The notes under the pieces are model-generated. The model worked only from the letters and a program-made list of their open reading frames with translations, had not been told where the DNA came from and did no database searches. A stretch of 64,000 bases of DNA from the NCBI RefSeq assembly GCF_964204645.1, contig NC_134031.1, forward strand, positions 3,782,001 to 3,846,000. The letters run 5' to 3'. The translations under genes were made by a program, and so were the position numbers. Below, piece by piece: positions 23,188 to 36,534 of this stretch. Origin of the DNA: Tubulanus polymorphus. Its lineage: Eukaryota > Animalia > Nemertea. Numbering within the stretch: position 1 is the stretch's first letter; the number at the start of each line of letters is the position of its first letter.

Positions 23188-23359
23188 CTGTTCAGAATTT
23201 TGCTGACACACCCGTGCGATACTTGTAGTTGACGGCTGATCTCGCAGGGACGCACGCCCTGCAGAGCGAGGCGCAGGATCTCCACTCGTAGGTGATCGGG
23301 TAGCGGCCGTCCGTTCGTGAACACTCGACCGTACTGATTGATATTCTTACCATCTTCAC
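23188..23359 (-). CDS. Pax-beta: Pax-beta coding exon 2 (paired PAI subdomain [57 protein letters not shown])
   Basis: ctttcag acceptor, AG|gtgagc donor, phase 1-2. [22 protein letters not shown] and PGQIGG residues match my recollection of the lophotrochozoan Pax-beta subfamily. Not in the ORF track. Confidence 0.93.
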
Positions 23360-23931
23360 CTGAAAGATTTAAAAAAAAAAATTTTTTTTCATGATGTAGT
23401 CCATTTAATCTGTTCGATTTCGTTATAAAACAGTCCAGGATGACGTCCTGAAAGTGTAGGCATTTGTGTCAGACCATTTGTTAGTTCATTTTCAAAAACT
23501 TTCATAACGTCAAAACTTTCGAGGACACGCAAGGTTTTTTGAAAGCGTGTAGATAAAACGTCTTACGTCTGCTGGTATTAAAATATATTTGATAGTTCAG
23601 TTCGAAATAACAATGTCTCAGGCGAAGTCTTGAAAAAAATGTGGCATTCGGAAATTCACTTCTTATAATTCAACGGATGAAAAATGTTCTAGGTCTGGAC
23701 CCAGTTGCCCCGAGTTGATAAATAAACATAATGACAATTGAAATTGCATTGTAACCATAGCGTTCGTCCACCGGTTAACTCATCCAACTTTCTAGCAACT
23801 AAGCCTTCGATTTCTCAGATGATAAAATAGATGGAAGAATAAAGAATTGAACGTATTGAACGACTGATAGGGAGCAGACGACAACAGATTGATAACCGCA
23901 CAAATCAAATTCACCGTGTCCAGTCACTCAC

Positions 23932-24478
23932 CGGATTGTTTGTTACGTGATTTCCTCATCGTCGACCCGTCCTCTCCTCCGGAATGATTCGCGTCGTCTC
24001 CGCTCGTTTGACTGTTACAGTCGTCGTCGCCGCCGACCTGCGTAATCAGCAGCATCGAACCCGATTTCCTCGAGCTGCCGCCGTTTTTCGACGTCTGCTG
24101 CGGAGACTTCGACAAGTCGAGCGCCTGCGATCCAGCTCCGCCGCCGGCCGATACGGTCGTGGCTGGCGCGATCGGGATACCCGTATAGGCGGCGCTCATT
24201 CCCGGGTGTATATACGGCATGTACGGCTGCGGAATCACCAGTAGCGACTGATTCGCCGCGATCATCGACGAGTTGTACAGACCGTTATACGCGGTCGGGA
24301 ATTGCGACATACCGCTCGGCGGCGAATGCGATTTCTGGTGCGCCACGTTCGCGCCGACGCTAACGTTTATCGGGCTGCAACTGTTCGATTTGTTCGGCGA
24401 TTTTCGAGGACTCGGCATCTTGGCGATTTTAACGAACGCGCTCGCAGATTCTCGATTCGTTTCGATCGCGTCTGCCAT
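23932..24478 (-). CDS. Pax-beta: Pax-beta coding exon 1 (182-aa N-terminal extension, MADAIETNRES...)
   Basis: ATG at 24478 has an in-frame TAA six codons upstream. Exon acceptor at 24574, donor G|gtgagt in phase 1, matching the paired exon. Total CDS 2493 nt (830 aa). Confidence 0.85.
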
Positions 24479-25080
24479 CGGTTGCGGCGGCGATTATTCG
24501 TAAACGCATCCGTCAACGCAAACCGTCGTCGCGTTGTCGTCCGTCGTCGGTCGTTATTTCAACATCCAATTATTCTGAAACGACAAGACGTAGAAACAGA
24601 TATAATAAATATGTTTACATCCCGCGTATCTAACACGCAGTCATCCGTTTGTTACGTTTTTATAAACGCTGTTATAACAACCATTGTTATAATAAGAATT
24701 TGCGGTACTTAAATACAGGACTCCGGGGTCTTCCGAGACATCTGTACAAGACCCTGAAAACTTTCGGTGTCCATTTATTTCATGGTACTTTTTTTCAATG
24801 TAATACGTAGTTTTTTTCAACAATATTTGTCAGAATGCCCTTTTCTTTATCAATTTGCCCTAAATAATTTGACAAGACCCTAACATTTTGCCCCTGGATC
24901 TATCCCTGCACATTCAGTGTAGCTCAAATCCAGAAATAGTCGCAAAAATCTACGCTGTAAAATGGCTATAGGAGCAAAAATATCGGTACTTTAAAATTAA
25001 GCAATTGTGATGCAGCCATAGGCTAAACATGGAAACTTATTCATACTCAGTAAACCTGATCTCAAAATTGTAACGTGAAC

Positions 25081-25502
25081 CGGTCATCCTTATTACCGAG
25101 ATGATGTATTTTACCGAGATGAAATTAAATATAACATATTTATTTATTCCATATCAATTTTAACCATTGAAATCATATTATATCAATAATAAATGCCTGC
25201 TGGAGTCATATTTTACATATTTTGTCGGATAATTTTGTAGAAAAATAACTTTTAACTTTACCGAGATGAGATCGTCGATCAATCAAATTCAATGAAATTT
25301 TATTCCTAACCGAGTTTACGTATTTGAAGTCAAAATTTTTTTGAATAAAGAAATATGTAAAATATGACTTTAGAAGGTATTTATTACTGATATAACATGA
25401 TTTCAAGTGTTAAAATCGATAAGGAATAAATAAATATGTTATATTTAATTTCATCTCGGTTGATCTCGGTAAAATACGTCATCTCGGTAATAAGGATGAC
25501 CC
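25081..25502. mobile_element. MITE with ~70-80 bp TIRs and an 8-bp TSD (hAT- or MULE-like)
   Basis: ggtcatccttattaccgagatga... mirrored by ...tcatctcggtaataaggatgacc; acgtgaac duplicated at 25073-25080 and 25503-25510. Confidence 0.85.
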
Positions 25503-25780
25503 ACGTGAACTGGTTTAAATCTAAGCCAAGGACACGCTACTGGGACCAGGATCACAGAATGATTACATTAGTCACCGATACACAACGCAGAGCTAACGAA
25601 ACTCTGTGAAACAGTTTCTTGATCCAGTTCCACAAATAGGATTAACTCCTAAATCGATTACGATAATCCGACTTAACTAGGAAAGAAATCAACTTTTTAC
25701 CGAAACAACTGACCCTTGACAGTCGTAAAGCACATGCTCATATAAATCGAAATATCACCCATAACATTTCCAATATTTAC

Positions 25781-26000
25781 CTATGTAAACTGCGGTGCCG
25801 ATTATCGAAAAAAGTATCTAAAGTATCTGATAGAAATAACATAAAAGCATCTGTTAATAAAACGCATGTGTGGTCGCACAATAAGATCCAACTCGGAAAC
25901 GACGCGCACACACTTTAAAATCCTTTTTCAACCATTCAGACAACAATACGCGCATATTGTTCACCGCTTGACTGACCCTCTCTCTCTCTCTCTCTCAACC
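25781..26000 (-). other. Candidate non-coding 5'UTR exon / proximal promoter of Pax-beta
   Basis: Donor TAG|gtaaat at 25781/25780; (GA)n tract at ~25978-25996. The coding exon begins with an acceptor, so an upstream exon is needed. Confidence 0.35.
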
Positions 26001-26560
26001 CCTACCACTTGTATGCTGATTAGACAAAATGTTCTTCGCATACATTTGCACGCCGCATAATAATAATGAGTCAACTCGGTCACCACCGAAGCATGTATAT
26101 ATTATCAATGTATATATATATTGATAAAATGTACTTTCTATACATGCATACAGTTATAACACACTGAGCAGTGAGCTGATTAGATGCAATTAACTATTAT
26201 TTGTTCGTTGTGATCCGGTATGCCAACTAACTATGAACCACCCGGGCCTAACTGTTATATATACAAGATATAGATTTATCGGCAGTGTAAAGTCCCTCAT
26301 GTGTGTTTGACCATAGAGTTCTACAGTTTGACCGTGGCTCTGTTTGTTGATCGCAAACAAAACACCAGATAATGCCTTTATTTTTGGACACGGCTGTCGC
26401 GCTGACGCTGGCTGTATTGTAGGAATACATAAAGTTTAAGAGGAGGGAAAGAAACTGAGTCTATCACATGTTATTGCTTGTTCTCAATTTCATATTCATT
26501 TCACCAAGTAGAATAGCCGTAAAACTCTAACCTCTGACGTACAGAGTAGATAATCAGTTT

Positions 26561-26770
26561 AAAACCCACTATATACAAAGTTTGAAAGATTAAAAGCAAA
26601 TTTTATCGATAAAAAATTGACACAACTTTCTGATGATTGTCACTAGTGTGAGTCCGAAATGTTAAGTCTTATGATTTCAATTTTGATGAATAAAATTAGC
26701 TCTTAATCTTTTAAGTTTTGTATATATATATTTTAGGTTCTACCTCGTCACAGAAATGTAATCTGGTCAA
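26561..26770 (+). mobile_element. Older Penelope-like fold-back element with degenerate hammerhead core
   Basis: Imperfect arms tatatacaaagtttgaaagattaaaagc / gctcttaatcttttaagttttgtatata enclosing actt(t)-CTGATGA-...tcac-tagt-gtga...C-GAAAT-GTT-aagt (26625-26667). Starts aaaacccactat like the element at 63284. Confidence 0.55.
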
Positions 26771-27887
26771 ATCATCAACATCATTCGTAAGAATTTTCAG
26801 GTCACGTTTTGGAAACGTTTTCGCGCACCATTGATCAGCATTTAATTTTACGATTCTATTCGTTACGAGAAATCATCAAGTCCAGACACATTCAGCACGG
26901 ACCATTAAACTCAGTCAGCAGTGAATGCAGTCTGTACCGACCCGATGGCATTTTGAGAGGGATGAAAGTTTTTATGCGGTAGATTACATAAGGTTACACG
27001 GGTTGAGGTGGGTGGGGCTGAGGGGTCAATGCTACATTAACCCCAATGATATGGTGTACACCAGGCGGTGTTCGTCGTCATCAATCCAATTCACATTTGA
27101 ACTTCATTGAAAATACGCCTTAGGAAATAAAAGCCCCTCAGATGGTTATTGACAACTCGCAAACTTTGACCATACATAACAGATGCCTCGGGCTGGGCTG
27201 AATAAATGGGCTTAGATAGCTCCAACTGTTTTTCAGCGGATGACTACTCTATTCAATATTCGAAGCACTGAAGATATATATTCATAGGGTTCAACACAAT
27301 CTAGGAAAATCAAAAGGCCGGGTACAGAAAAAAGAAAAGGCATTTCACAAAAAACAGTCGTTTCGAAGGTCACCCTCGGGGTTAGATATAAGAGGATTAG
27401 AGTACCATTTTTCAGGTTTTGACAATCTCTGTCCAGACAATAAGGGCAACATCTATGAGAAGGCTAGACCACCCAAACCAGCCCCCCCCCCCCTAATCCG
27501 CACCTGCATCACAAGCAGATTTTTCATACCAATGATGTCTCAATCGAGTTTGAATAAGGTGGACGTGCAGCCATGGTTTGGGTCGTTATAAATTGTTTCG
27601 TTGCAGGTATTATAAACCGACTAACTAACGTTCGTATGAACTACGGATAATGATATATCTACAGTTGACTCCGAAGATCGATAAACGTCAATTTGACGTT
27701 GACAACTTTGTTCAACCTGCAGAAAGCAGATGTCACATGCTACTCCCAGGCAGCGACGACGCGGTGTGAAAATATTGTCATGCCACAACGAGAAAAAATT
27801 CCATTCAGGAAAATAGTCTCTGCAGTAGTACCATAGCCTGGCCGGACCAATGTTCAACAGGGGATTACCTGTCGAAATATTATCCTG

Positions 27888-28025
27888 GGGCCAGTTGCAC
27901 AGTCGTGACTTAAGTCAAAAAGTTGTCTCAAATCTTAAGACTGGTCTTAAGTTGTTAGATTGGCTATAGAACTAAGTTGGTCTTAGACTGGTCTTAAGTC
28001 TAAGCCATGACTATGCAACCTGCCC
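27888..28025. mobile_element. 138-bp PIF/Harbinger-like MITE (CTG TSD); degenerate relatives at ~365-515, 39470-39970, 42615-42930, 46480-46560
   Basis: gggccagttgca / tgcaacctgccc TIRs, CTG on both sides, internal taagactggtctta repeats. Confidence 0.8.
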
Positions 28026-29480
28026 CTGAGCCTATACGTCATGAAGTACATATAGTTCATTTCATAATTCAACCAGGTCCAAAACGATCGTTATACCACA
28101 CAATCAACAGTACCATCCAACCATGAATTGACTGAAAGCTTGGAGTTATCATCTCGACAAAACAATTACTCCGGGTGAAATAAACCGTTCCTCCAACTCT
28201 CAAGTCGGACAAGTTTTCACTGTCCAAGAACATCCGCTTGAACGGGAGTCTACTAACTGTTAGTGCCTTGCGTAAGAGATGATTTCGGTATTTTCGAAAA
28301 CAAAATTTTGAACTAGTCACAATGAAATAACTAAGCGACCGCACCAAGTATCGACAGACACGTTAGCAACACGTTAAACCGCTGACGAAGAACTGGTAGA
28401 GCAAAGAAACGAAACAATGCCGCTAAACCTCGACTTTGACGGCTAAGTAGATCATATATCAGAGCATTCGTACGTAGCATCAAAAACAATATAAACATCA
28501 ACAACAGTTCAACGTGGCAGAACAGAAAAAACAATGCGTATTACCTTCAAATCTTATAAGACGTTAGTACATATATATATATATATGTATACAGCGCGCG
28601 TTGAAGATACTTGCTCATCTCACTGGCTCAACGACGACGACGACGAAATCGTAGTTATGGTTGGCAAGGACAGCGTTGGCGGCTATACAATCATAGTCTA
28701 TAGAGGTTGCATGCATCGTCAATTATCACTTCTATACCTGTAGGGGATGCATGCAGGCATTGAATGGTCAAAACCGAGTCACGCCTTTCTCGCCGACAAT
28801 GCATGCACTGAAGCTGAAAAGCTAGCTCAGGCGAGATCGCGGAGGCGCAGTCGTTAATGTTCGTCGGTGGTTGATTTTCGCGATGGCTCGCGACGACGAC
28901 GACTCAGCGCCGCATCAATCGGAAGAAGCCACAGGTGTCGAACGACGTGGATAGATTCTTCGCAGCGGAGCGTAGAAAAGATTCGATCTCTCGTATGAAA
29001 CTTGTATTTCCCGACAGTAGTCCTCCTTTGCGGCTGCAGCGATGTAAGAAACCTCCGCGGAAATTCCAGCCAACTAGGCTATTGTGTTTAGGGTCGATGT
29101 ATACTAATGAAATGCTATTGTTCCTTACTCGCTCAGACGACCTACATGCTTAATGAAGCCCATCCCTGACTGGATTCGTATCTAGTGGCGTTGCGTATCC
29201 ATTCTAATGAGCGGCTAAAAGACAATGCTACAAATGTATATTCATATGTATATATCCGTCTTGTGAACGTACAAATTGAAGAAACCTCATTTTCCTCCTT
29301 GGATCATTTTCCTTCTTCAAGTTGCGATTTGACAATCTTAGCGCTTTAGAAAATCAATCAAATTTCTATTGATTGTCCATTATACTCGAATCTTCACCTA
29401 ACTCGCAACAAAACCGCCGGCCCCCGAGGGATTTGAATCCACATAAGATGAGTCCACCGTAATTACAGTATATCACCGCC

Positions 29481-29716
29481 GATGCTGGATTCTATCGCAA
29501 GATTCCAAAATGCGCGATGCTGGATTCTATCACAAGATTCCAAAGTGCGCTATGCTGGATTCTATCGCAAGATTCCAAAGTGCGTGATGCTGGATTCTAT
29601 CGCAAGATTCCAAAATAGGTGATGCTGGATTCTATCGCAAGATTCCAAAATAGGTGATGCTGGATACTATCGCAAGATTGCAAAGTGCGTGATGCTGGAT
29701 TCTATCACAAGATTCC
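29481..29716. repeat. 35-bp minisatellite, about 6.7 copies
   Basis: Unit gatgctggattctatcgcaagattccaaa(a/g)tgcg(c/t) repeating every 35 nt. Confidence 0.95.
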
Positions 29717-30147
29717 GAACAAATTGTTATGGTCTAAAAAATAAAATCATCTTAAATATGTTAATTGCGTAAACTTCTTCGATCTACGACGAAGATGATG
29801 ATGAAGTCAGAGACATAAAGGAGAAAGAAACAGAGAGTCGTATTAAATAATCAGTCACGTTACATCCAGGAAGATCGACATCCGTCGCCGGCTACCCGAG
29901 AATAGCTTAAACGATCGTTACCATGACAAATTCCTTCCCGTCGTCGTCGTCGTCGTCGGTGCTGGATTCTACGCTCGTGTTCCTCGTCGCGTGTCCGATC
30001 GATTCACCGCGCGCGCACCAGTCGTTGCAGCAGCGTTCGTTCGTTCGTCAGCGAGCCGTGCAAAAACGAACGAAGCCAGCTCGTCGTCGCCGCGGCGGCG
30101 TACAGCTTCACGGATGGAGGGCATTCGTCGTTAATTATGGATAAAAC

Positions 30148-30161
30148 GTTGCCATAGCAAC
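30148..30161. promoter_or_regulatory. RFX X-box
   Basis: GTTGCCATAGCAAC matches GTNRCC(N0-3)RGYAAC and lies in a CpG-rich block. Confidence 0.5.
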
Positions 30162-33100
30162 TGGCGAGAATAACGTTCCATGGTTGAGTAACAACGGAAC
30201 GGCAATTACCGATAGCCTTTGTGCGCGTGATGAGATTTCATGGCGGACGGACCACTTTCCAGCCACGCTTCGGCGCCGTTCGAAATTGACGACAGGCGGA
30301 CGTTACCGAAACCGACGCCGCAGCGCGTGTGCGCCGATGCGTTCATGATTGCGCTGCGCGCTTCGGCGCACAATCGAACGCCGAACCAAAATAAAAGCGA
30401 CGGCGCTGTACGCATCTGTGAAAACAGACGACCGAGCTCGGATTCGAGAGACGGAGAGAGAGAGAATTCAGCCGAGCGTATGTACCGCACGTTAGTCAGT
30501 CAGATGACGATGTCCATGACATCAGCGGTGGATTTAGGGGGTGGTCTCCGGGGGTCCTTCCTTATCATCAAGAGAGAAATTGCGTGAAAACTGTAATCCA
30601 CCTCATCCGCCTTCAAAAATGTCTAACACCGAGGTAGGGACCCGCTGGTGGCTATCGTCGTGATTGCTTTATCTGAGAAATGCCTTTTCTTCTCTTCTGG
30701 ACCCAGGCCTTCCGATTCTTCTAGATTCCCCCCTGGACGTAAAAAGCCAGTTTCGCTCGGAAAGCGACGGACCACGCGTCAACGAACAATCGACCGCCGT
30801 CAAAATGGTCGATTCGCAGCAGACGGACGCCGAAAATCCATCTGCAATCGAGACGAGACGGACTTTTACTGCGAAAATGTTCGTATGTTTGTTTCGAGCA
30901 AATATTATTATTATACACGGGGGACCGAGGGCTTAGTCGCACACAGCCGAGGATTAGATTTGAGATACGTCTAAGACCATCTTAGATCTACAGCCAAAAC
31001 AAACATGCTATATCACAATTAGTCGACTAGTGGTCAGAGCTAATAATCAACCGCACTATAGTTCGGTCTTAACGCATTTCACAGTGGCGGCCATCTTGGA
31101 AATAGATCTGAACTAGTGACCGTATTCAGTTGCGTGGTACGTTATTTTCAGATTATAGTTCCGACAAACTGACATTTGGTTTCACTTAGTTCGCAAATAG
31201 TCATGTTGCGACATATTGACACGTCCAAAAAATTCCCAAATCTTACGCCTTTTTGTCATCTTAAATGATTTGATTGACATGAAACTAAAATGGGCTATGA
31301 CCTAAGCCTTGACTGCATTACTGGTGGCAAGTTTAAGTTAAAGCCAGGCTATAAGAAGAAGCCAGTCTGGGTTTCAATTGAATCCATTCTATTAAACTGG
31401 CCTCAGGCACTAATGATTTGCCATTATGAGAGTACAAACTAATTTGATTCGAATAGTTTGCCTTTTAATTGCCACTTAGCTAAGTACACTCACTAGCTGG
31501 AAGTCTCTTCACCTGTAAGCTAAGATGCTAATTGTTATATCTAACAAGTTGCCTATTAATTAACTCGATCCAGCACCTCAATGATCTACCCACCTTACCG
31601 ATCTATCTAATCTACCCACCTCACCGACCTATCTAATCTATCCAGCACCTAGTTTACAGATAAACGGTTGGCTCTTCAACAATCCTTTCATCACTTACTT
31701 TTGATGAGGTATATCTCATTATCGGCACGGGCATCAATCCAGTTCATTACATAAAAACCGCCGCGTGTTTCGCAATCAATATTAATGGATGGACAGATCG
31801 GCGTTCAGCGCGGCAGCGCGTGCTCAGCTCGTCATGCAGCTATTAAGATTACTTATTATATTATTTAGAAAATGAAAAAATTCTCGTAGACCCGCGCCAT
31901 GTGCGCGTGCGAGTGACTCCCACGTGACTTTGTCCTCCTCACGGCGCTGGATAGATTCCGCGAAATACTCTCAATAATGAAGTCTTCACCCGCGTGACCT
32001 TGCGCGACGATACGTAATGATTGTCCGGTACTCGGCTAATTTTTAATGAATTTCCGCTCAAGTCATAAGTTAAATCGATGAAAAACCACGTATCAAATTA
32101 TGGCTGATTTCGTAGAGTTTGTGCCACCTTTTTTAACTAAGTGGCCACTTTTCGTGCATATACAAATCCAAGAGTTTTCCCTGATTTTTCCGCAAAACTG
32201 AAAATTGAGTGAATCAAAGAAATTTCTAGGTTTGAAATGTTACCATTAATTTTTTTAAACCTTTTCATTGAACTTGGGCCGATGAACAACCAAAAGTGGT
32301 GTCGCACTTATTGGACAGATGGCGGTCAGGTTTCGCTTACTGAAGTTCCATACGATTAGGCGACCTCTTCAAAAATGAGACCACATCCGAAATGTCAAAA
32401 GCATCGGAAATCTGATAAAGAGCAAAGAGAAGCCAATGAGTCGACTAGTTAGCTAGGAGCGACCAGTTGCCGGTCCAGTTGGTGTAACTCGCCAGTAAAG
32501 CTAATTGGATATCCGTATGCAACCGAAACAACTAACGCCTAGACGTTATAAAGGTTCTGGGTGAAGGGCTCGGGTATTTGTAGACTGGAAGCTACATGTT
32601 CCATCGAAATTCCCTAGTCTTTATGAATGGCTGTCCACTTGCTTCCCGTTTACAAATCCCCAGATTTTTCCACGTGAAATACGCATGATTCCCTGAATAA
32701 ATTAGAGAAATTTCTAGGTTTGAAATGTTACAATTCATTCATTTTCATTTCAAGAAACGTGCCGTTAATAACATTATCCAAATTGCCAGTTTTCCATTTG
32801 AGTTTATAAAATTCCGCGAGTGAATCATTTTTCATCGTATTACGTATTGATACATAAACATGTAGTCAATGACATACGAATTCCCTGAGTTTTCTAGGTT
32901 TTTGGTAAAATTTGTCAAATTCAAAAAATTTCCCTGATTTTTTTCTAGGTTTTTTTTGATTCCCCATTTCCCGAGTTTTCCAGGTCAGTAGCCCGCCTGC
33001 TGTCGGAACGTTGAGTCCGTAGCCCGAATACGTTCAAGGTGAAATACGTTTATTCGAGCTACAGTCTATAAGTTCTAGGTGAAATTTTGAAAGTGTCTCG

Positions 33101-36100
33101 ATGAAAAAACTGATTCCGAATCGGTTATCGAGGCGTAAAAGATTTACAACCACTCGACGAGCTCGCGCTGTGAGGCTATTAAGTCACCAAAACGCCGCCG
33201 CGTCTCGGTACGACTTCAATTTAGCGTTACACGTCGCTGAGGCGGCTTCGATAGCGGCACGCGCCAACCAACGACGACCAAACAGCCGACGGTTTCTTTC
33301 GACAATTCTCAAACGTATGTTAAACATCGAGCAGACGCATAAACGGATCAAAGACTGCGACGACCGAAACCGACGAGGCGAAACTCGCTAACGCGCCGAT
33401 TCAATCGCGCACCTCTGAGCCGCGCCACGCCACGCGTTTTTTAATCCTTGGCGCTTCTGATCGAATATCTCTCTCTCTCTCTCTCTGCCGCTCTCAACCT
33501 TGTGAAGTTTCTGGCGGCGTTTTAGTCAGGCGTTCTATGCCTGAGAAATCAAAGCCGGCTGACGTCGCGGCTCTCCGGGGAAATGGATCATTATTAACGA
33601 CATTACGTTCCGAACGACTGAACTAACTTTCTTTCGCGTGGATTCACGCTCCGGCGCGTCGAACGTGATTACCCCGCGCTCCGTATTCAAGACAAACACG
33701 CAAATTTAATCTTACTTCACAGAGGTATACGCGCCGTGCGCCGCCGCCGCGTCGAGATTCAGGTGCCCGGGTTTTTGAATATGACGCACATCTGCCGACA
33801 TCATCAAAAACAAACGGATACCTTTGTCCGTACATCGCGATGAAAGAAAATGTTCTTTGATAGCTTTAAATAACTTTTGTCATGGTTGAACCGTTGTTGT
33901 ACAACAAATTCGACTGTTTATACGCCTGAGGAATACGTCCTTCTTCATTAGTAGAATGCCGTTTATGCAACATCAGCTTGGCCACTTTTATTTGCTCCCC
34001 TCCCCCTCCCCCCCTGCTGACTATTCCCTGATATGCATGTTTCACAAATATGGTGGAAACTGACCATACGCGTGTCATAGCAATTTCTACAAATTTCCTC
34101 GATTTTTTTGGTTTTCTACAGCCTTCCCGGACTTTTTTCGAGAGAAGAAAATTCCCTGACTTTTCCCCGATTTCCAGGTAAGTCGCCACCGTGATCTGAA
34201 ACCTCCTTTCATCGACAACCTAGACACATTGTGGTCTATATCGCCTAAGGAGGGAGCTGGTGTTAAAGTAGCCTAACAGCACCTTACACTGGGCGCTTAT
34301 TGATTGGGGAAAATGCCTGGCAGTCAAGAGGCAATCAATATACAGGTACCCAGCTGGTGTTTGAGGGCTAGTAGATAATGTTAACAGGTGCTCGGTGCAA
34401 AGAGTTGAAATGCCGCGTGCTCAATTACAATTCTTCCCGATTTGAAAATATATGTCTTTTGCAATCTACCCGATTGTTATGGTCGAATGGCCTTTATCTT
34501 GAACTGACTTCTCCACACTCAGTACCGGTCAATTCTGCAAAATGTCGAATTTCACTAATAACAATTGAGAGAATCCTTTAAATTTAGTCCGATTTCCAAT
34601 TCGGTCAACTCGAAGAAAAATAACAGTCGAAACGCTACGGAATACGGTGGAGTTTACCATACTTCAAAATGTGACGCAAATTTTCATTAATTTCAAAATC
34701 GAAAAAAAATCATACAATTTACATTTTACTATCAGACGATGACATCACGTGTGAGATTTGTGATAGCTCTTTTTAAAATCATAACTTGTTGATGATGAAA
34801 CGTGAAATCTAAAAACTGTTCCTACATCAACCTTTCATTCAATGGTGTGCGTCGTGTTTTTTAAGAATCTAAAATCTGTTAAATTTGAAACTAACAAAAT
34901 CTTTAAAAAGTCTTAAAAAAGATTTGAATCAGGAATCGGGCAATTAGCTAAAATATAAAACGTGGGCTAAATCCAATTGAATAACTGACCACCAAATGAA
35001 ATAAATCGCCCATGGGCTAAGTGGTTTACCTTGAAAACTGGGCTTGTTTGGAGCAAGGGCATTGCAATCATACAAAGATCTATTCGATATTGTATTCTAT
35101 CTATTTCAAAGAATTATTTTGTAGTCAAATAAGGCCAAAAATATACATTTCAAAATTTGGCCGGGTACAGGTAGGTAGGGAAACTATTATATAAATTGAA
35201 AAAATATTTTTCACAATATGAAATAAAATATCTAAACGAAATTCATACGATATCACCAATCAGAGGGTGAAAGGTAAACCAAAAACAAGCAGGGAGGTAA
35301 TAAAGCAACTCCTTCATATTTCCTGTTTGTCTAGAAAACCCAATAACACCTGCAACGATATTAACACCTTGTATATAATTGCATTAACACCTGTTTATAG
35401 ACTTCAGATTATACCCTAACATATACATTAGCTAAATAGATATCATCGAATTTAAATCTATGCAAAATACACGATAATAATTCATACTATATATTTTCTA
35501 TGAGTGCAATATTAATGTGCGTAATAAATCATAGCCCCATATTTGGCTTATGTTGACCAGGGATTTCCAGGGCCTCCTCGGCTTGATAATCATTTCATGA
35601 TTTCCGAGGTCCCGGTGATCGTCATGTTTGATGCATAGATAATATCGCTCGAATATCTATATATCTCGTTCTTTGACAATCATCGAATCGAATCAAAAAT
35701 CTCTTGCAACAACCACCACAATCCAGAGCAGAGGATTCACTCATTAATCAACATTTTATTTCACTACCATCCTATCATAATCCTTTCAATCTGAATTTTT
35801 TTTCAATGCTCCTATATCAAAGTTTAGCCAAAAAGTCGGAATAAATTGCCGGTTTTTAACTCTTTAACTAAAGACTCTTTGACTAAACTGTATCACTCGG
35901 TTTTTAACTGATTGAAAATGAACTAATTCCAACTCAGAGTTAACTCCTAAACTCACAAACTCTTAACTCAACTGTGGAACTCGATCCATGTTGACAAAAT
36001 GCATTTCCACACATCTACAATGGTCTTAGCAATATGCATTCATCTTCTTATTAGTTCAATCATTCAGACACAGACCGGTCAACCTGATATGTCTAATTGT

Positions 36101-36534
36101 AGTCGTTTTCACCCAAAATGAAACTAATTTGACATAAAAAATAGTGGTTTCATTGAAAATACACAAGAAATCCTTCCGATTTTGAGGGTTTTTTGAAACA
36201 TTTGGTAGTAGAACCTTTAGAGAGAGTAGAAGGTGCTCTAATATAGAAGTTGTAAGGTCGGCTGACACATCAGAGCATCACGCGCGTGCGCGAGAAATCA
36301 GGTACAAGATACGATGAATTTAAAACGACAGACTTACCAGCACGTAGAACGAACGCGTGTCGGGAACATGTGCGATGTAGAAACAGCAGCGTATGTCATC
36401 GAATGCGTCTTCATGCGTATTGCGAGATGACGTAAATGTTGTTATTCATCGCGACGGTCGCGAGGTGGCGTTAACTCAATCAACACCGCGTGGCCGCAGA
36501 GACAGCGCGTGCGCGTAGAGAACATGTGCTCGTC

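Noticed and set aside
29481-29716. CRISPR-like appearance of the 35-, 48- and 70-bp arrays
   Set aside because: No unique spacers, no cas genes and a eukaryotic context; these are ordinary minisatellites.
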